From Chrysomallon squamiferum (taxonomy: Eukaryota; Animalia; Mollusca): DNA of 64,000 bases. Shown in pieces: positions 1 through 13,927 of this stretch; the stretch's first letter is position 1; every line of letters starts with the position of its first letter. The notes beneath the pieces are model-generated. The model ran no database searches and was not told the origin of the DNA. It saw nothing but the letters and a program-made list of their open reading frames with translations. A program made the translations under genes and the position numbers. The stretch covers positions 14,756,001 through 14,820,000 of the forward strand of contig CM022676.1 in NCBI GenBank assembly GCA_012295275.1, given 5' to 3'.

Positions 1-231
1 TAAGTACATGTGTACATATACACAAATTACATTAGTATCCTGTAACACACCCTACACTTCATACTGTGTATGTTTCACTTGTGCATGCTTGTGTGTGCGC
101 ACACACAATACACATAATTACATTTATATAAATGTGATTATTTTGTTGTAAATGTTTATTTCTATATTATAAAACAAAAGAAGCTTCATATTTCATCAGT
201 ATTTTAAAATGTTTAACTTTCCTGTTACCAG

Positions 232-360
232 ACTGGAACTGCCAGCCCTTCACACAGAGTCACTGTTCCTGTGATGACAGACATACTAAAAGATGTAGAG
301 ATGGATGTACAGTCCCTGTTGTCTGAAGTTTCTATTGTCTGCAGTCTCTCAGTTTTCATG
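232..360 (+). pseudogene. Cys-rich (EGF/MEGF-like) 129-nt exon remnant with in-frame stop
   Basis: Acceptor ttaccAG and donor GTTTGT. The phase-1 frame reads WNCQPFTQSHCSCDDRHTKRCRDGCTVPVV*SFYCLQ (TGA at 324-326). An alternative frame is open but unrecognisable. A paralogous copy lies at 15626-15753. Confidence 0.4.
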
Positions 361-1980
361 GTTTGTTTAATAACAACATTTTTGTATTAGATTGTAACTT
401 TAAAACTTAGATATATTAAATTTATGAATGTTAATTTCTAGTTAAGATACATGTGTTGTTGATTTCAAATTTTATATTTCATATTTGACAAATTTATATT
501 TTAATATTAGGTCAGGTTTTCTGTTGCGTTTTTAATATGGCCTGAAAATCTCTCTCTCTCTCTCCCTCCCTCCCTCCCACCATTCTCTGCCTCTCTCTTT
601 CTCTCTATTTGTATGCATGTATGTACGTACATATGTAATGCATGTGTGTATATATGCATGTATGTATGTATGAATGTACATATGATGTATCTGTATATAT
701 ATAAACCTACCTATCTGTATACATACACACTCTTACAGAGTATCTCTCATGTAATTTATCATATCAGAACACACTTGCTCAGCATCTATCTGTCTGTTTG
801 TCTGTTATTCTTACACGCAGTTCAGTGAGTTGTTCAAGTGTGTAGGTTTTACTCAAACGTGTTCTGCTATTTCTATGTGCAAATTTACGCATTAGCCTCC
901 CACCCACCCGCACACACTCGACACGGGCCAGTGAATGCTACATCAGGTATGAACACTGAAATGTACATTTCTAGAGAGAGAGATATTTTAATTATGATTC
1001 CGAATTTTAGTTTGCGAGTCCAAAATTGTTTTATATCTTTTATTATTTGAATTTATGAAATTTGTTACTCTACTGGAAAAATTGGTATTTGTAATATTCA
1101 GTTTTAGTGATCAGACTGACAGATGCTTTTATGTAAATACTTTTTTTATTATTTAAAATGGATGATTTCAGACTTTAAAAGAGCCTTATATAATGGTCAG
1201 TATTTCATAAGGCTACCAATAAAGAAAGTTAATATCAAAGGAATATTAAAATGAGTGCATCACAGTTAAATTTAATGAAGATTTATTTCATCAGACAGCT
1301 TATGTTGCAGGGTTTATTATTAGTTTTATTAATTTTAATTCAGCATCTCGCTATGGTAACGGGAGGTCAAATGTCACAAAACACCAAGTACCCATTAACA
1401 ACACAACAAAACATAGCTTTCAGTTTCACAGAAGTGAGTTCAGATTCACAAGTACTCCAGAACAAAACAAATCAAACTCTTCACTCTAAGTATTCACTTA
1501 ATTCGTTTTGTTAAATTTGTAGTGACAGATAGATTATTAATAATCAGGTTATAAATAAGTATTTTTAATTATTCATTCACTCAGAGTGTGTATGTTTATC
1601 AGTTTATCTGTATGCCTGCAGGCACAATTGAAATCCAATAGCTGAAAGATATTTTTGTCAACAAACATTCATTAGTATCAGTAAATGGTATTGATATACA
1701 TATATAATAGTAAATAATGTTTAAATGAAAACAATAAAGAAATAAATTGTTTGTTTTTACTTTTTCAGACACACAGCACAAAACAGACAAGTGTTGTTAT
1801 CTAAACTTCAGAATGCGACACACAGACAGCAGAACAGACAGAGAAGTTTCTAAAAAACTGGTATGAAAAACACACATATTAACTTATCTGTTGAACTATC
1901 AATTTACATTCTTCTCAGTTTTTGTGTTGCAGTGTATTCTCAATACAGAGTAAGAAAAGCAGATTAGTACAAGGAAAGTC

Positions 1981-2237
1981 TACAATAATAAGCAAAGTAA
2001 TTGTAGTGTACAAATATACTGACAACTTAGAATACAATAATAAGTAAAGTAATTGTAGTGTACAAATATACTGACAACTTAGAATACAATAATAAGTAAA
2101 GTAATTGTAGTATACAAATATACTGATAACTTAGAATACAATAATAAGTAAAGTAATTGTAGTATACAAATATACTGATAACTTAGAATACAATAAGTAA
2201 AGTAATTGTAGTATACAAATATACTGATAACTTAGAA
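1981..2237. repeat. 52-bp minisatellite, 5 copies
   Basis: Unit TACAATAATAAGTAAAGTAATTGTAGTRTACAAATATACTGAYAACTTAGAA starts at 1981, 2033, 2085, 2137 and 2189 (last copy 3 nt shorter). Confidence 0.95.
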
Positions 2238-3461
2238 TATTTCATTATTTTCATTCTTCCATTAGCATTGTTTTAGTCTTGTCCATTAATCATTATATTT
2301 TCTTTATCTTATGATTTTTTTCTTCTTCTTATATTTTTATTATTATTTTACTTATTTATTTGTTATATTCTTTTATCTACATTTATTTTCTATCATAACA
2401 GTATTACTCATACAAAAAGCTCTAACAGACTGAGTATGCCAGCATTTTACACTAATTTACTCAGTCTGTAAGGTTTACTTTTAAATATCTCATATTTTGT
2501 GATTATACATATACATTAAAATACAAAATAAAATAAAATGTCTTTATTTAATCCTCTTCATCATCATCATTATTATCATCTAGATTGATTGTATCAATTG
2601 TTAATACAGGGCTGTAATATTGTAAATTATCTTTTTGATTGAATTTTATTTTTAATTTTTATTTGCAGGTTTTGTTTTGATTAAATCAGCTTGCTCACTT
2701 GTTTATTAATTTTTTATTTTTAAATCCCTGCTAATTATTATTGTCTAAACCAAGTTAAGCCCTTGCTAAATTAAATGGACCAGAAATATTGAAATATGTT
2801 ATTCTTAGATCTTTAAGTTTTAGCAGAAATTATGTTTTCATTATATTTGAATTTCTTATTATTGTTTGTTTTTAAAAGACATACATAGTTTTTATAAGTG
2901 AATTTTTATTTTAATTTTTTCATTTTTTTTTAGGATTATTCCCACTCTTGTTAATCTACAGTATTTTATTATTGTTTGTTTTTATTGTTTACTTTTGTTT
3001 TATTCAACTTACAATATAAATTTTTAAGTTTTTATATGAGAATTATCTTTCCGATCTTGTCTAATTGATAGAGAATTGTTATTTATTGTTAGAAAGTTGT
3101 AGAAGTTACAGAGTTAAATCTATCAAATAGGTATGAGTGTCTATAATTTTGTTCATTAATAATGATATTAATTTTATATTGTTGTTATTACTGCACAAGA
3201 AAATCAGCATCAGCTACTTTTGAATTTTATATGTAATAAAATTATATATACATGTTGTTTTTTTGTTTTTTTTACTTTTTATGCATTGTTGCTATGTTAA
3301 TACAATTTTATTTATCTGTTTATTTATTTATTTGCGTGTTTGTTTGTTTATCTAGGAACTGGCCGAGTCTGATGTTAAACACTTTGTAATTCTGTTCTGT
3401 GACAGAGGATGTCAGTACAAAGCTCTGTTTTCTTTCACATCAGAAACTGATGAATTATCTA

Positions 3462-5624
3462 AGCTATGACCTTCAAATTGACCGTGTGGATCACGTGATC
3501 TTGAGATGACCTTTATTGAAATTTAATCTCCCACATGTTAACTAAAACATATAAAAGTTTCCTGGGTGTAATATTTTTGTTTAGCCACAATATAGATTTA
3601 AAAAATGCACATACCTGAAAATAACACCTTTTCAGCCATTAACATCTGATTGACTAAAACCTGAATGATCAATTCTGGATGCTAAGAATCACCATCTCTC
3701 TTGATCATTGAGTAAGACATTGTAGGCCTACATGTATGCATAAAAAGTTCACATATAAAAGTTTCCTGGGTATAATATTTTTTGTTTAGCCTTAATAGAG
3801 ATTTAAAAAATGCATACCTGCATGGATGATTGATACAATGCATTACAATGTACATTTTCTCTGAGACTAAAACTCATCTTTGGAGTTAAAACCCACCTGA
3901 CATGTCTGAAGGAATGCCTGAAGGATATGAAAAGATGCCAAATGGCATGACATGTTCTACACAATCAGGCTCAAAGGGTTAACAGGAAGTAATGCTTCAG
4001 GCAGGTCAGGAACTCCTTTAGATTCCCTGGTGCAATCCCCATTGAGCACATGGCAATTTGAAGTTTAAGACAAAGAAGTTTCTTCATCTGCATTTCTTTG
4101 ACAATCTGAAGCTTTTTAAGTTGGACACAATGTCAGATGTTGATATATAAACAATATTTTTATTTCATAAAACCTGTTAAGTAATTTTATCATGTCATGT
4201 GGGCCTTGCCATTGGTTTTGAACAAGGTTTCAGTCAACAGTACAACCCAGTCTGAAATCAGATGTCATCAAGTGATGTACTGCATAATGTATTTGTACAC
4301 CAAGTCTTCGGCACAGATTATGAATAAGGTCTACTTCACCTTAATAAACTGTGATTTATACTTGAGAAGATTGACATAAATGCCTAAGACTTGTGGGCCT
4401 TTGGCAATAACACATGTACTCTGCTGCCATTTTATGACCTGCTTAACTTTACTGAAAGGGTTTCAGGATTTGATTTAATATTTAGGAAAGCACTGACTTT
4501 GTTCTATTGAACAATACTGAAAATCCTTATTTCTTCCAGAGCTAACTGCAGCTTTAACTCTCCTAAAAATGTGTGTTATCAACACCATCATATCAAAAAG
4601 GAGTTGTTGCGAAGTGTATGGAAAACGGAGGAAATCGAACTCCTCACTCTTTGAAGTGGGATCAAAACACAGGACATCAAGAGTATCATGAACAAGAACT
4701 TTTCATCAAATTTTCAACATCGCAGAAAAACTGTTGTGATCCCCTTAATCGCCACCCTGAGCAAGCACGCACTAGATCTTTAAGAATTGTTAGCATGGGC
4801 ACTTACAAATGCTTAGTAAATCCTCCAAAGACACTAGTGTCAGGAGACAAGTTGTGCTGTGACTGTCTGATTACCCTTCAGAAATCAAAGGTCCTGCAGA
4901 GGATGGCTTTAGTATGGGTGGTACTACAATGGGAGAATTTGGTGATAACTTGCCAGACAAACCGCTGGTTGTTGTTTCCCCAGAAAAGGACTTTGATTTG
5001 AATTACATTCTGTTGAGTTTAGGCGAAACGCCTGTCAAACTCCATTCACTAGCACATTCCAGTAAATGAATGAAAGGACAGAAAAAAACTAGCATCAGCT
5101 ACAGTAACATTAAAATGACATCTTAATGTCTGAATCCTATCCAGAGCGTGTGCAAATCTTGATTTTGTCACCCTTTACCATTGAAAGGACAATGAATTGA
5201 AGGAGGAAATAATCCAATTTTATGAAAGTGATGAGAACAGTAGAATGTGTCTGAGAATGAAGGATACAGTGAGCATTTGAAACAAACATAGTGAGAAGGT
5301 TAAGCATCAGAAACACCTAGTTCTCTCAAATTTATGTGAACTTTATACATACATGTAGGCCTTCAATGTCTTACTAGATGATCAAGAAAGATGGTGATCC
5401 CTAGCATCCAGAATTGATCATTCAGGTTTTAGTTAATCAGATGTTAATGGCTGTAAACGTGTTATTTTCAGGTATGTGCATTTTTTAAATCTATATTGTG
5501 GCTAAACAAAAAATATTACACCCAGGAAACTTTTATATGTTTTAGTTAACATGTAGGAGATTAAATTTCAATAAAGGTCATCTCAAAATCACGTGATCCA
5601 CACGGTCAATTTCAAGGTCATAGC
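3462..5624. repeat. ~290-bp inverted repeat pair (3462-3755 / 5332-5624)
   Basis: GCTATGACCTTCAAATTGACCGTGTGGATCACGTGATC... is the reverse complement of ...ATCACGTGATCCACACGGTCAATTTCAAGGTCATAGC with scattered mismatches. 3752-3820 also directly repeats ~3548-3617. Confidence 0.9.
4540..5350 (+). pseudogene. Sola2-type transposase N-terminal remnant (stops, frameshifts, deletions)
   Basis: Collinear motifs CCDPLNRH...LVSGDKLCCDC, LNYILLSLGETPVKLH, SYPERVQILILSP, and IIQFYESDENSRMCLRMKDTVSI*NKHSEKVKHQKHLVLSNLCELY, which fits the FYxxDxxSRxxPGxKDxV..QKRLxLxNLxELY pattern. No catalytic region seen. Confidence 0.65.
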
Positions 5625-6165
5625 AAAGGTCAAAAGGTCAAGGTACTCCAATATTTTCCAAACTAAACAAAAATGGCAGATTTGGTATCCTTGTCATTTT
5701 GCCTTTCTGACAATACCAATTTTATGAAGATTGGCCCAGTAGTTCCTGAGATATGAGGGTTCTAAGGTTGGTGGTCACACCCATTTTTGGCAAAAATCTC
5801 AAAATTCCGAGGGCCGTATCTCCCACACCACTGGTCTGATTGAGCTAAAATGTCAGATTTGGTGCTGTGGGATCCCAGTCAACAAGTATACCAAGTTTTA
5901 TAAAAATCTGAGACGGTCGGGTTTAAATTTCTTTTTTTTTTGGGTGATTTGACACGGAATGACCCATATATATTTTTTTAAATACTGGCATTCAAAACTT
6001 CTCTGAATGTATATAAATTAATAGCATTCATCAGATATAGATCTCACGTTCATTCCATTGAAGAATCTAACTAGCAGAAGTAATTAGTGCAGATTTGGGA
6101 TTAACGCCTTTCTTTAATTTTTATTTAATTGTGCAAGCTGAAAATAAATATTTCTGGTTTTGCAG

Positions 6166-6260
6166 GTGATTGTGAGAAAAGAACCCTGAAGATGACAAAT
6201 TCATCTGATACTGATACTAGACAGACAGAGGAAGTCAGTAAAACAGAAAACTGTTCTGAA
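6166..6260 (+). other. Isolated exon-like segment, unknown product
   Basis: Strong acceptor ttttgcAG and donor GTAAGT; open frame DCEKRTLKMTNSSDTDTRQTEEVSKTENCSE. Confidence 0.35.
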
Positions 6261-6943
6261 GTAAGTGGTATCAGTGTTTTATAATAATAAATAATAGTAA
6301 TGTGTTTAAGTACACATGTACATTACATACGAATGCAGGGCTTGTAATGGCTTAACTCATTAATTATAAGGTTTGCTCAGGCAAAGGATTTAGTCGTTTT
6401 TAAAGTTACTTTTGCTGCTTATCCAGATAAATAAAGTCAGCATTACAACATTGTTAAAGTGTAATTCACTGATAATTTATAATAATTTTCCATGGCTGAG
6501 ATATTTCTTCCCAAAGATTTTATTGTGAAATTAATAATATGCTTCTAGCCTGGAATAGGTAAACAGTAGTTATTTAAGATTTAGAATAATAAGCTTGATG
6601 CTTATTTTTTTTATTTATTGTTATTGTTATTTTTATTTTATTAATTTTTATTTCTATATTTGTTTATTTAGATAAATCTGGCTAAAAAAAGGGGAATGTA
6701 CAAAATCCACAAAATTGCCTGATCGTGAAATAATAGTAAGAAACAGAGACTAATACATAAAACAAAATAGTTGTATAAATATAGCTATCATACCATCAGC
6801 ACAAACTTTGGCTCCAGCATTTCCAAGGATTTTCTTGACCAGCTTGGAAGACTTTTGAGGTAACTCTGCCCTGTGTGTATGAAGTGTGAAGTATGCCCTG
6901 TATGATTTTTCAGAGAATGAGAGATAATTATATAAATAAATAA

Positions 6944-6974
<31 letters not shown>

Positions 6975-7464
6975 TAGTTATAAACAGACAGACAGAGGAT
7001 AGATAGGTAAATGGATATAGCAATGAATGAATGGTTAGCTAGACAGGTAATAAGATTAAGCTACACCACAGGTTGATCAACAAACAGACAGATACATAGA
7101 TAGACAAATAGCCAGAGAAACTAATGATGAAATAAAACAAATATATTTCAAATTAATTCGAAATTAGGAAAAGTAGCAATACCCTATGTATCCATCTGTT
7201 CATCTATCTTCAGTAACTATCTCTGTATGTAGGTATTTCTATTTATCTATCATAATCTGTCTATCTGTCTATCTATCTAACCAATTAAATGTTATTATAT
7301 TAATGTACTAATTAGCCATTCCCTTTGGAAATGTTGCCATCCCTACACCCTGGTGAGGTTTAGTACACATAGGGGATGTTACTAATGGTTAGTATTTGGT
7401 CAATGGTTAGTATTTGTTAAATGCTAGTGTTTGGTTAATGGTTAGTTTTTTGTTAATGGTTAGT

Positions 7465-7469
7465 CTCTT

Positions 7470-7500
<31 letters not shown>

Positions 7501-8010
7501 GTGACTCTCTTTCTCTCTATCACTGTCTCTCTTTTCTCTCTTTCTCTGTCTATCTCTGTCTCTCTTTTCTCTCTCTCTGTTTCTGTCTCTCTCTCTTTCT
7601 TTCTTGGTCTCTCTCTATATCTCTGTCTCTGTATATTTGTTTTGTCTTTCTCCCTCTGTCTCTGTCTCTCTCTGAATCTCACTTTTTCTCTCTGGTGTAT
7701 CGCTTTCTCTCTCTGACTCTCTCAGTATTTCTGACTCTCTCCCTGTCTCTATCTCTCTGTATTGCTATGTCCCTGTCTCTTTTTCACTGTCTCTTTCTCC
7801 CTCTGTCTCTCTCTGTCCCTCTTCCTCTTTCTGTCTCTCTCTCTCTCTCTTTTTCTCTCTGACTCACTCTTTCTCTCTGTCTATCTGTCTCTCTTCCTCT
7901 CTCTGTGTCTCTGTCTCTCTTTCTCTCTCTGTCTGTCTGTCTTTGTACCTCTCTGTGTGTCTCTCTCTCTTTTTCTCTCTCTATCTCTCTCTAACTTGCT
8001 TTCTTCTCTC
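7465..8010. repeat. Degenerate (CT)n/(CTGT)n polypyrimidine tract
   Basis: Direct inspection; source of several spurious ORFs. Confidence 0.95.
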
Positions 8011-9766
8011 CACACAAAATTAACAATTCTACCTAAAGCAACATTAACCAACAGCAAAAGCAACAGCTATAACACCACTATTAGCAATAACAACAATAAT
8101 AAAAATAGTATAATTATGTACTACAATAACAATAATAACAATGTTAGCAATAATATCAACAACAAAAATAAAAACAAACAAAATTGAAAGATAGATGAAA
8201 CGCACAAACACACAAACTTAATTAAACTTTTGAACACCTGAATTGATGTTACATACCACGCTCTAGAAATCATTATATTTGTGAAATTTAAATAACGTGT
8301 CAGTATGAAAAGGCTGAAAAACAGTATTTACATGTATTTGAAATTTTTATACTACATTTTTACATTGAAATGAAATTTTCATGAAAACGTACAATCTTAG
8401 TTGTAGTGAAACCCAAATCTCTCTTTCTCTAATCATGATAAATAAGCATACAAATTTTCATTATCAAAACGAATATATTCTGAATAATTTTCACTTAAAA
8501 AACGGATTTAAACTAAATAAATTTAAATTCTTATTTTTTATTCTGAATAGTATGAATGAATAAATATTAGGAATGTTATAACAATAATAAAGAAAAAAAC
8601 ATTTTAATTATATGAAAATAAAATAAGAATGCACAAATAGAGATACTACTACTACTACTACTACTAAAGAAATACTACTAATATTCAGCAAAGTAATTAG
8701 TTAAAAATTTCATAATACAAAGTAATTCAACTCAAAAAATTTTCTCATGTCCCCTGGACCCTAAGCTCACCTGTTTTTATCCTATCCACCCCCAGACAGC
8801 CCTAGTCACCCACAGACCGACTGTCTGTCCTGCATATGGATGGAGCTACTGATAAACACAGGCTGAAGTTTGTAAACACAGGCTGAAGTTTGTACAAGCA
8901 CTAGGGGCTTTTAAGATTAAACTGGTAATTAAATATTTAAAAAAGTAATATTGTTTTTGTTTACTGCCTGAAAATATAGAAACTTATCTAGTGATCATAT
9001 ATTGCAATTACTGATAGTGACTTCAGGATCTATCTGATCTATCTATCTATCTATCTATCTGTGCATACACATACATACACATACACACATGCATGCATGC
9101 ACTCACACACTGTGTGATAGAGGTAAGCTTCTGAAAATGGACTGAATATTGATGAGGATAAAAAAATATATATGAATCCATGGTTTGTGTTTACATTGGT
9201 GTGTGTGTTGCTGTACACATTTGCATACAAAAACACACATACACATACAAACACATAAATTAAGCTATGCATTTCTTTCTTTTTTTTTTTTTTGTCATCC
9301 ACTTTCAAATCCAGTGCCTCCTGCAAGCATTATTAGAGATTTTAAAGTTTAATTTTGTAATATGATTTTAAATAATTACATATATTTATCTTGTCAAACA
9401 ATTTGTATTTGTTAAACAGTTTACACAAATGCTTTGAGGTATAAATATTTTTAATGATCTGTATAACATTAATTCATAGATAATTTTGCATATCTGATCA
9501 ATAACCTGTCTTAAAGATATTAATATATCTTGGAATTAGATCCTCACCAACTCATGTATTGACAGCAGCAGACTATTCTGTACTGGCAGAACAACTGAAA
9601 CACTCACTAAGCTTTGTGCAGACAAGTTAATCTGACATTCAACTTCTACATAAAAGAAAATCATCTCAGTACTAGATTTCAAGCGCAATTAAAAACTGTT
9701 TAATTCTCATTTTTAATATATTTATTTATATACTAATTTATTTATTCTTTAATTTCATGCTTACAG

Positions 9767-9917
9767 TTGATGGTGCCTGGTCTGCATGGTCACTTCAGAG
9801 ACTGGGTAGTTGTAGTGAAATGTGGTAGAGACACTAGAATAAAATTTGAGATACGAACATGCACAGATACGAAGAGAAATCTTCAAGAAGCATGTGAAAC
9901 AAATGTCTTATGTCCAG
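9767..9917 (+). pseudogene. Thrombospondin type-1 (TSP1) repeat exon, frameshifted
   Basis: ttacAG..GTAAGA, 151 nt (not 3n). Reads DGAWSAWSLQRLGSCS / KCGRDTRIKFEIRTCTDTKRNLQEACETNVLCP, the WSxWS..CS..CG..RxC TSP1 signature. Confidence 0.8.
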
Positions 9918-10555
9918 GTAAGAAGCAATAATTATATTGATACTGTAATTTTCTTTTAAACAGATTATGTACAGACAGATGGGCATCTTGTTTCCTGTGA
10001 GGTCTTTATGCATCTATTGTATTCTAAGATGACAATAAATAACAATCTCTAGATTGTGAGTAAAGGTGTTGTCACTAAATAATGTGAGGAATAAAATTAC
10101 TTCTCTGCCTACAAAAGTGAAAAATGACTCAAATAATAAAATATTTATTTCACTAAAAAAGAAATATGGCTGTTTCAGTTGTTAATGGTTTGGTGAAACT
10201 TTAAGGCTAATGAATTACTTTAGGTTTGTTGATAATCACAATAGTAAAGCATTAACCAGCACATTTCTAAAGTGATACATATATTCCATTTACAAAAAAA
10301 AAAAAATTTCTTTTACAAAATCGAAGTGTTATTTACTTGATTTTCTTTTAACATTACATTAAAAAGTTTGCTATAACTTTTCTTTGATTAAGATATTAAT
10401 ATATCTTGGAATATCTTGTACAGTCTGAACATATATTTGTTATTTAATTAAGACAATAAAATTTTTGGGTTCTTCTCAAAAGAAATCTCTATAACTGTTA
10501 TTATTTTGTAAGTTATTCATATATGAGTAAAAATGATTTATATTTTGTTTTGTAG

Positions 10556-10740
10556 CCTGGGGTTCATGGTCAGCATTCAGTGCAGTTACAGCATGCCCAG
10601 TAACCTGACAAAAGAGAGAACAAGAATTTGTGAGAATGATGTACAAGGTGGTAATGGGTGTGGAGCCAAATCACCTCAAACTGAAACAAAAACTGAATCG
10701 TGTTCAGCATAAAATCCCCATCCAGCTGCTACTTAGACTG
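10556..10740 (+). pseudogene. Second TSP1 repeat exon with deletion and stops
   Basis: ttgtAG..GTAATA. Reads WGSWSAFSAVTACPVT / TKERTRICENDVQGGNGCGAKSPQTETKTESCSA*NPHPAAT*. Confidence 0.75.
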
Positions 10741-10769
10741 GTAATAGGACTAGAAAATGGACAACACGC

Positions 10770-11595
10770 TGATATCTCTGAGACAGTAGCTACAGAGACA
10801 AACCTGTACAAGCAATGACATCTCTGAGACAGTAGCTACAGAGACAAACCTGTACAAGCAATGACATCTCTGAGACAGTAATGACTCTCTGAGACAGTAG
10901 CTACAGAGACAAACCTGTACAAGCAATGACATCTCTGAGACAGTAGCTACAGAGACAAACCTGTACAAGCAATGAGACAGTAACTACAGAGACATCTCTG
11001 AGACATCAAACCTGTACAAGCAATGATCTCTGAGACAGTAGCTACAGAGACAAACCTGTACTGTACAACAGTAGCTAATGACATCTCTGACATCTCTGAG
11101 ACAGTAGAAACCTGTACAAGCACATCTCTGAGACAGTACAGAGCTGTACAGAGACAGACAAACCTGTACAAGCAATGACATCTCTGAGACAGTAACTACA
11201 GAGACAAACCTGTACAAGCAATGACATCTCTGAGACAGTAACTACAGAGACAAACCTGTACAAACAATGACATCTCTGAGACAGTAACTACAGAGACAAA
11301 CCTGTACAAGCAATGACATCTCTGAGACAGTAACTACAGAGACAAACCTGTACAAGCAATGACATCTCTGAGACAGTAACTACAGAGACAAACCTGTACA
11401 AGCAATGACATCTCTGAGACAGTAACTACAGAGACAAACCTGTACAAGCAATGACATCTCTGAGACAGTAACTACAGAGACAAACCTGTACAAGCAATGA
11501 CATCTCTGAGACAGTAACTGTTTATACAAACCTGTACAATTTTATTAGTAAAGATAACCTTTTCTGAATCTGAGTCAGTAACTACAGAGACAGAC
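10770..11595. repeat. 46-bp minisatellite, roughly 16 copies
   Basis: Unit GACATCTCTGAGACAGTARCTACAGAGACAAACCTGTACAAGCAAT. Regular at 11177-11520, scrambled at ~10870-11160. Confidence 0.95.
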
Positions 11596-12045
11596 AATGT
11601 TTACCTGTTTATACTGTAATTTTATTAGTAAGATATTTTCTAAACTTATTATGTTACTAAAAACATTTATTTCAAATATTAAAATAGCTGTTTTATTAAT
11701 GCAGCATATTAAGAAACTGGATATAAATTATTATCATGCATATATTTTTGATTAGAAATCAGAATCAGAAATTGAAATAGATATTTTATTAAAACAAAAA
11801 AACAATAATAAGTAACAATTTATTTTTGTTGATTTACATACAGATTACTATGTGCTGAGAATCCAGAGGAAAAAACATTCATGGCTGAAAAAATCTCTCT
11901 CTCTCTCTCTCTCTGTGAGTCTGTCTATCTGTGTATCAATCTTCTTTGTGTGTGTGTGTGTGTATGGTGCAGAAGTCATATATGATATTTGTTAAGATCT
12001 ATACTAACATTGCATCCACTGAATTATGTTTTGTCTCATCCACAG

Positions 12046-12117
12046 ACAGGTTCAGTTAAATTCTTCACTAAGCATGAGAAGGTGCATTTGAAGCCACCTT
12101 TCTGGTAAGAAAGTAAT

Positions 12118-12154
<37 letters not shown>

Positions 12155-13861
12155 GTTTAGTTTCCTCTCTCATTATCTCTGTGGGAGTTAATAGCTATAT
12201 ACAGTGTTATATACATTTAGAATTTAAAAAAAAACATATCTTTTTATTATCCATATATTATCCATACACACATACACAAATATTATAAATGCATATACAT
12301 TACAGACATGTGATAAAGGTTTCCATGAGATATAAATATATGAGGGACACACATACACACACATGTAGAAAGATTTATTTATTTATTTATTTATTTATTT
12401 TCTTTTTTTAACATTTTTCTATTAATTTAACATCTACTTTATTATTATTATTTTTTTGTTATCACTTTTATAATTATTTTTTTAATCATATACTTACTGA
12501 AATTAACTCTTTTTATCTTTTTATTTTATTTAGTACTATACCTTTCTATAACATCTAAAAAAACATTTTTGCTTACATACAATTTTTCTACTTAAATGTA
12601 ATCACTATTATTACTTTTTATATATCTTAATTCGTTTATTTTTCTATTCTTCAATAAGCTTTATATGTTGTGTTTTAACCAATTATTATTATTATTAGGG
12701 CCATCATTCAGTGTTGTCTGGATATTGGGACTAATGAAAAGAATGTCTATAAAGGAGATTTGGATAATGTAAGTTAATGTTGTACATTCCTACCTTTCGA
12801 ATAAACTTCTAACAATACCTCATTTAATGACAAACTTTATGAACTGTAAAATATTAATATCTACAAAATGAGTTGTTTTATAACAAGAGATAGAAAGATC
12901 AATTAAAATAAGCATCGGTTCATTGTTAATAAAAGGTGTTTTTTATCTTTTTTACTAGAAAAGTATATAAAGACTGCAATAATGACTATTATAAAATTCT
13001 CTTTTAGTATGTGCTTATATAATTACCATTCTATATTTATATACATATATAAATATGTAACTTTTTTAACTTTGTTTTAAAATAAACTGACGTATAGCAC
13101 ACACCCAAGTAAACACCACACGACATCTATGTGTCAACTGTCAAAGGCTTTATTTATTTATTATTATTATTATTTTCTTGAAATAAACTAATAAAACTAT
13201 TAAAAGAAAATATGCTAATTTTGTTTGACAAGTTGTTTTCTGTCAGTTTAATTATGGTTTATCTTTTTGAAGATTTACGTTAAATTGCTGACTTGCTCTA
13301 TACATTATTAAACATATTTAATTTTGTTTTAACCATATTAAAGTTTATAATGGGTGGGGTCCTAAATGCTTTCATATTATTTAAGTTAAATACCTGTATA
13401 GCTCTATGTTAACACTAAAAACAAATAAAGATGAATCAAAATTTAAAAAAAATATGACCAGGTTATTTCATATGTTGACACTGTAAAATATTAATAAAAT
13501 TAGTTCTTATAATAATATTTAACACTTAGACACAGACACACACATACACACACACACATACACACTCACACACATAATTTGTTATCCTCGGTGATAACTG
13601 TTCTTTGTTTCCCTTCTTTTTCTTAATTGTCATTTTTAATTTATTTACATTTTGTTTTGTTTTGTTGTACTTCCTTGTTTTTTATCTTCTTCTTCTTATT
13701 ATTATTATTATTGTTTTATTTTTATTATTGTTTTTTTAATCTTTATTTTTATTATTCATTTTATTTACTTTACTAATATTTGTTTATTTTTGATGTTTTC
13801 CAGGTCATATGGAGAAAATATTCCAGATTTATTTAAAGAATGTTTCTTTGAAAAATCAGAT
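12046..13861 (+). pseudogene. Three small exon-like segments (12046-12104, 12699-12768, 13804-13861), unknown family
   Basis: Canonical AG acceptors and GTAAGA, GTAAGT, GTGAGT donors. The first two splice in frame: TGSVKFFTKHEKVHLKPPFW-AIIQCCLDIGTNEKNVYKGDLDN. The third hits a stop in that phase. Confidence 0.4.
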
Positions 13862-13927
13862 GTGAGTGAAACATTTTATAAATTTCTTATCCAACTACAC
13901 AATCATTGAGCAGAACCACACTGTAGA

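Larger units (their letters stand above)
3462..5965 (+). mobile_element. Degenerate, internally deleted and rearranged DNA transposon, Sola2-like
   Basis: Transposase remnant inside. The right end ...TGGGTGATTTGACACGGAATGACCC (5'-GGG on the other strand, fitting the GRG termini described for Sola2) gives way abruptly to AT-rich DNA. No matching left terminus was found. Confidence 0.6.

Noticed and set aside
7407-8187. ORFs rich in SL/ER dipeptides (also near 29.4k, 38.7-41.4k, 43.2k, 49.6k, 58.6-59.4k, 61.8k)
   Set aside because: Translations of (CT)n/(GA)n microsatellites.
10770-11595. CRISPR-like appearance of the 46-bp array (also the 52-, 94- and 19-bp arrays)
   Set aside because: Head-to-tail repeats with no unique spacers, no cas genes and a eukaryotic context.
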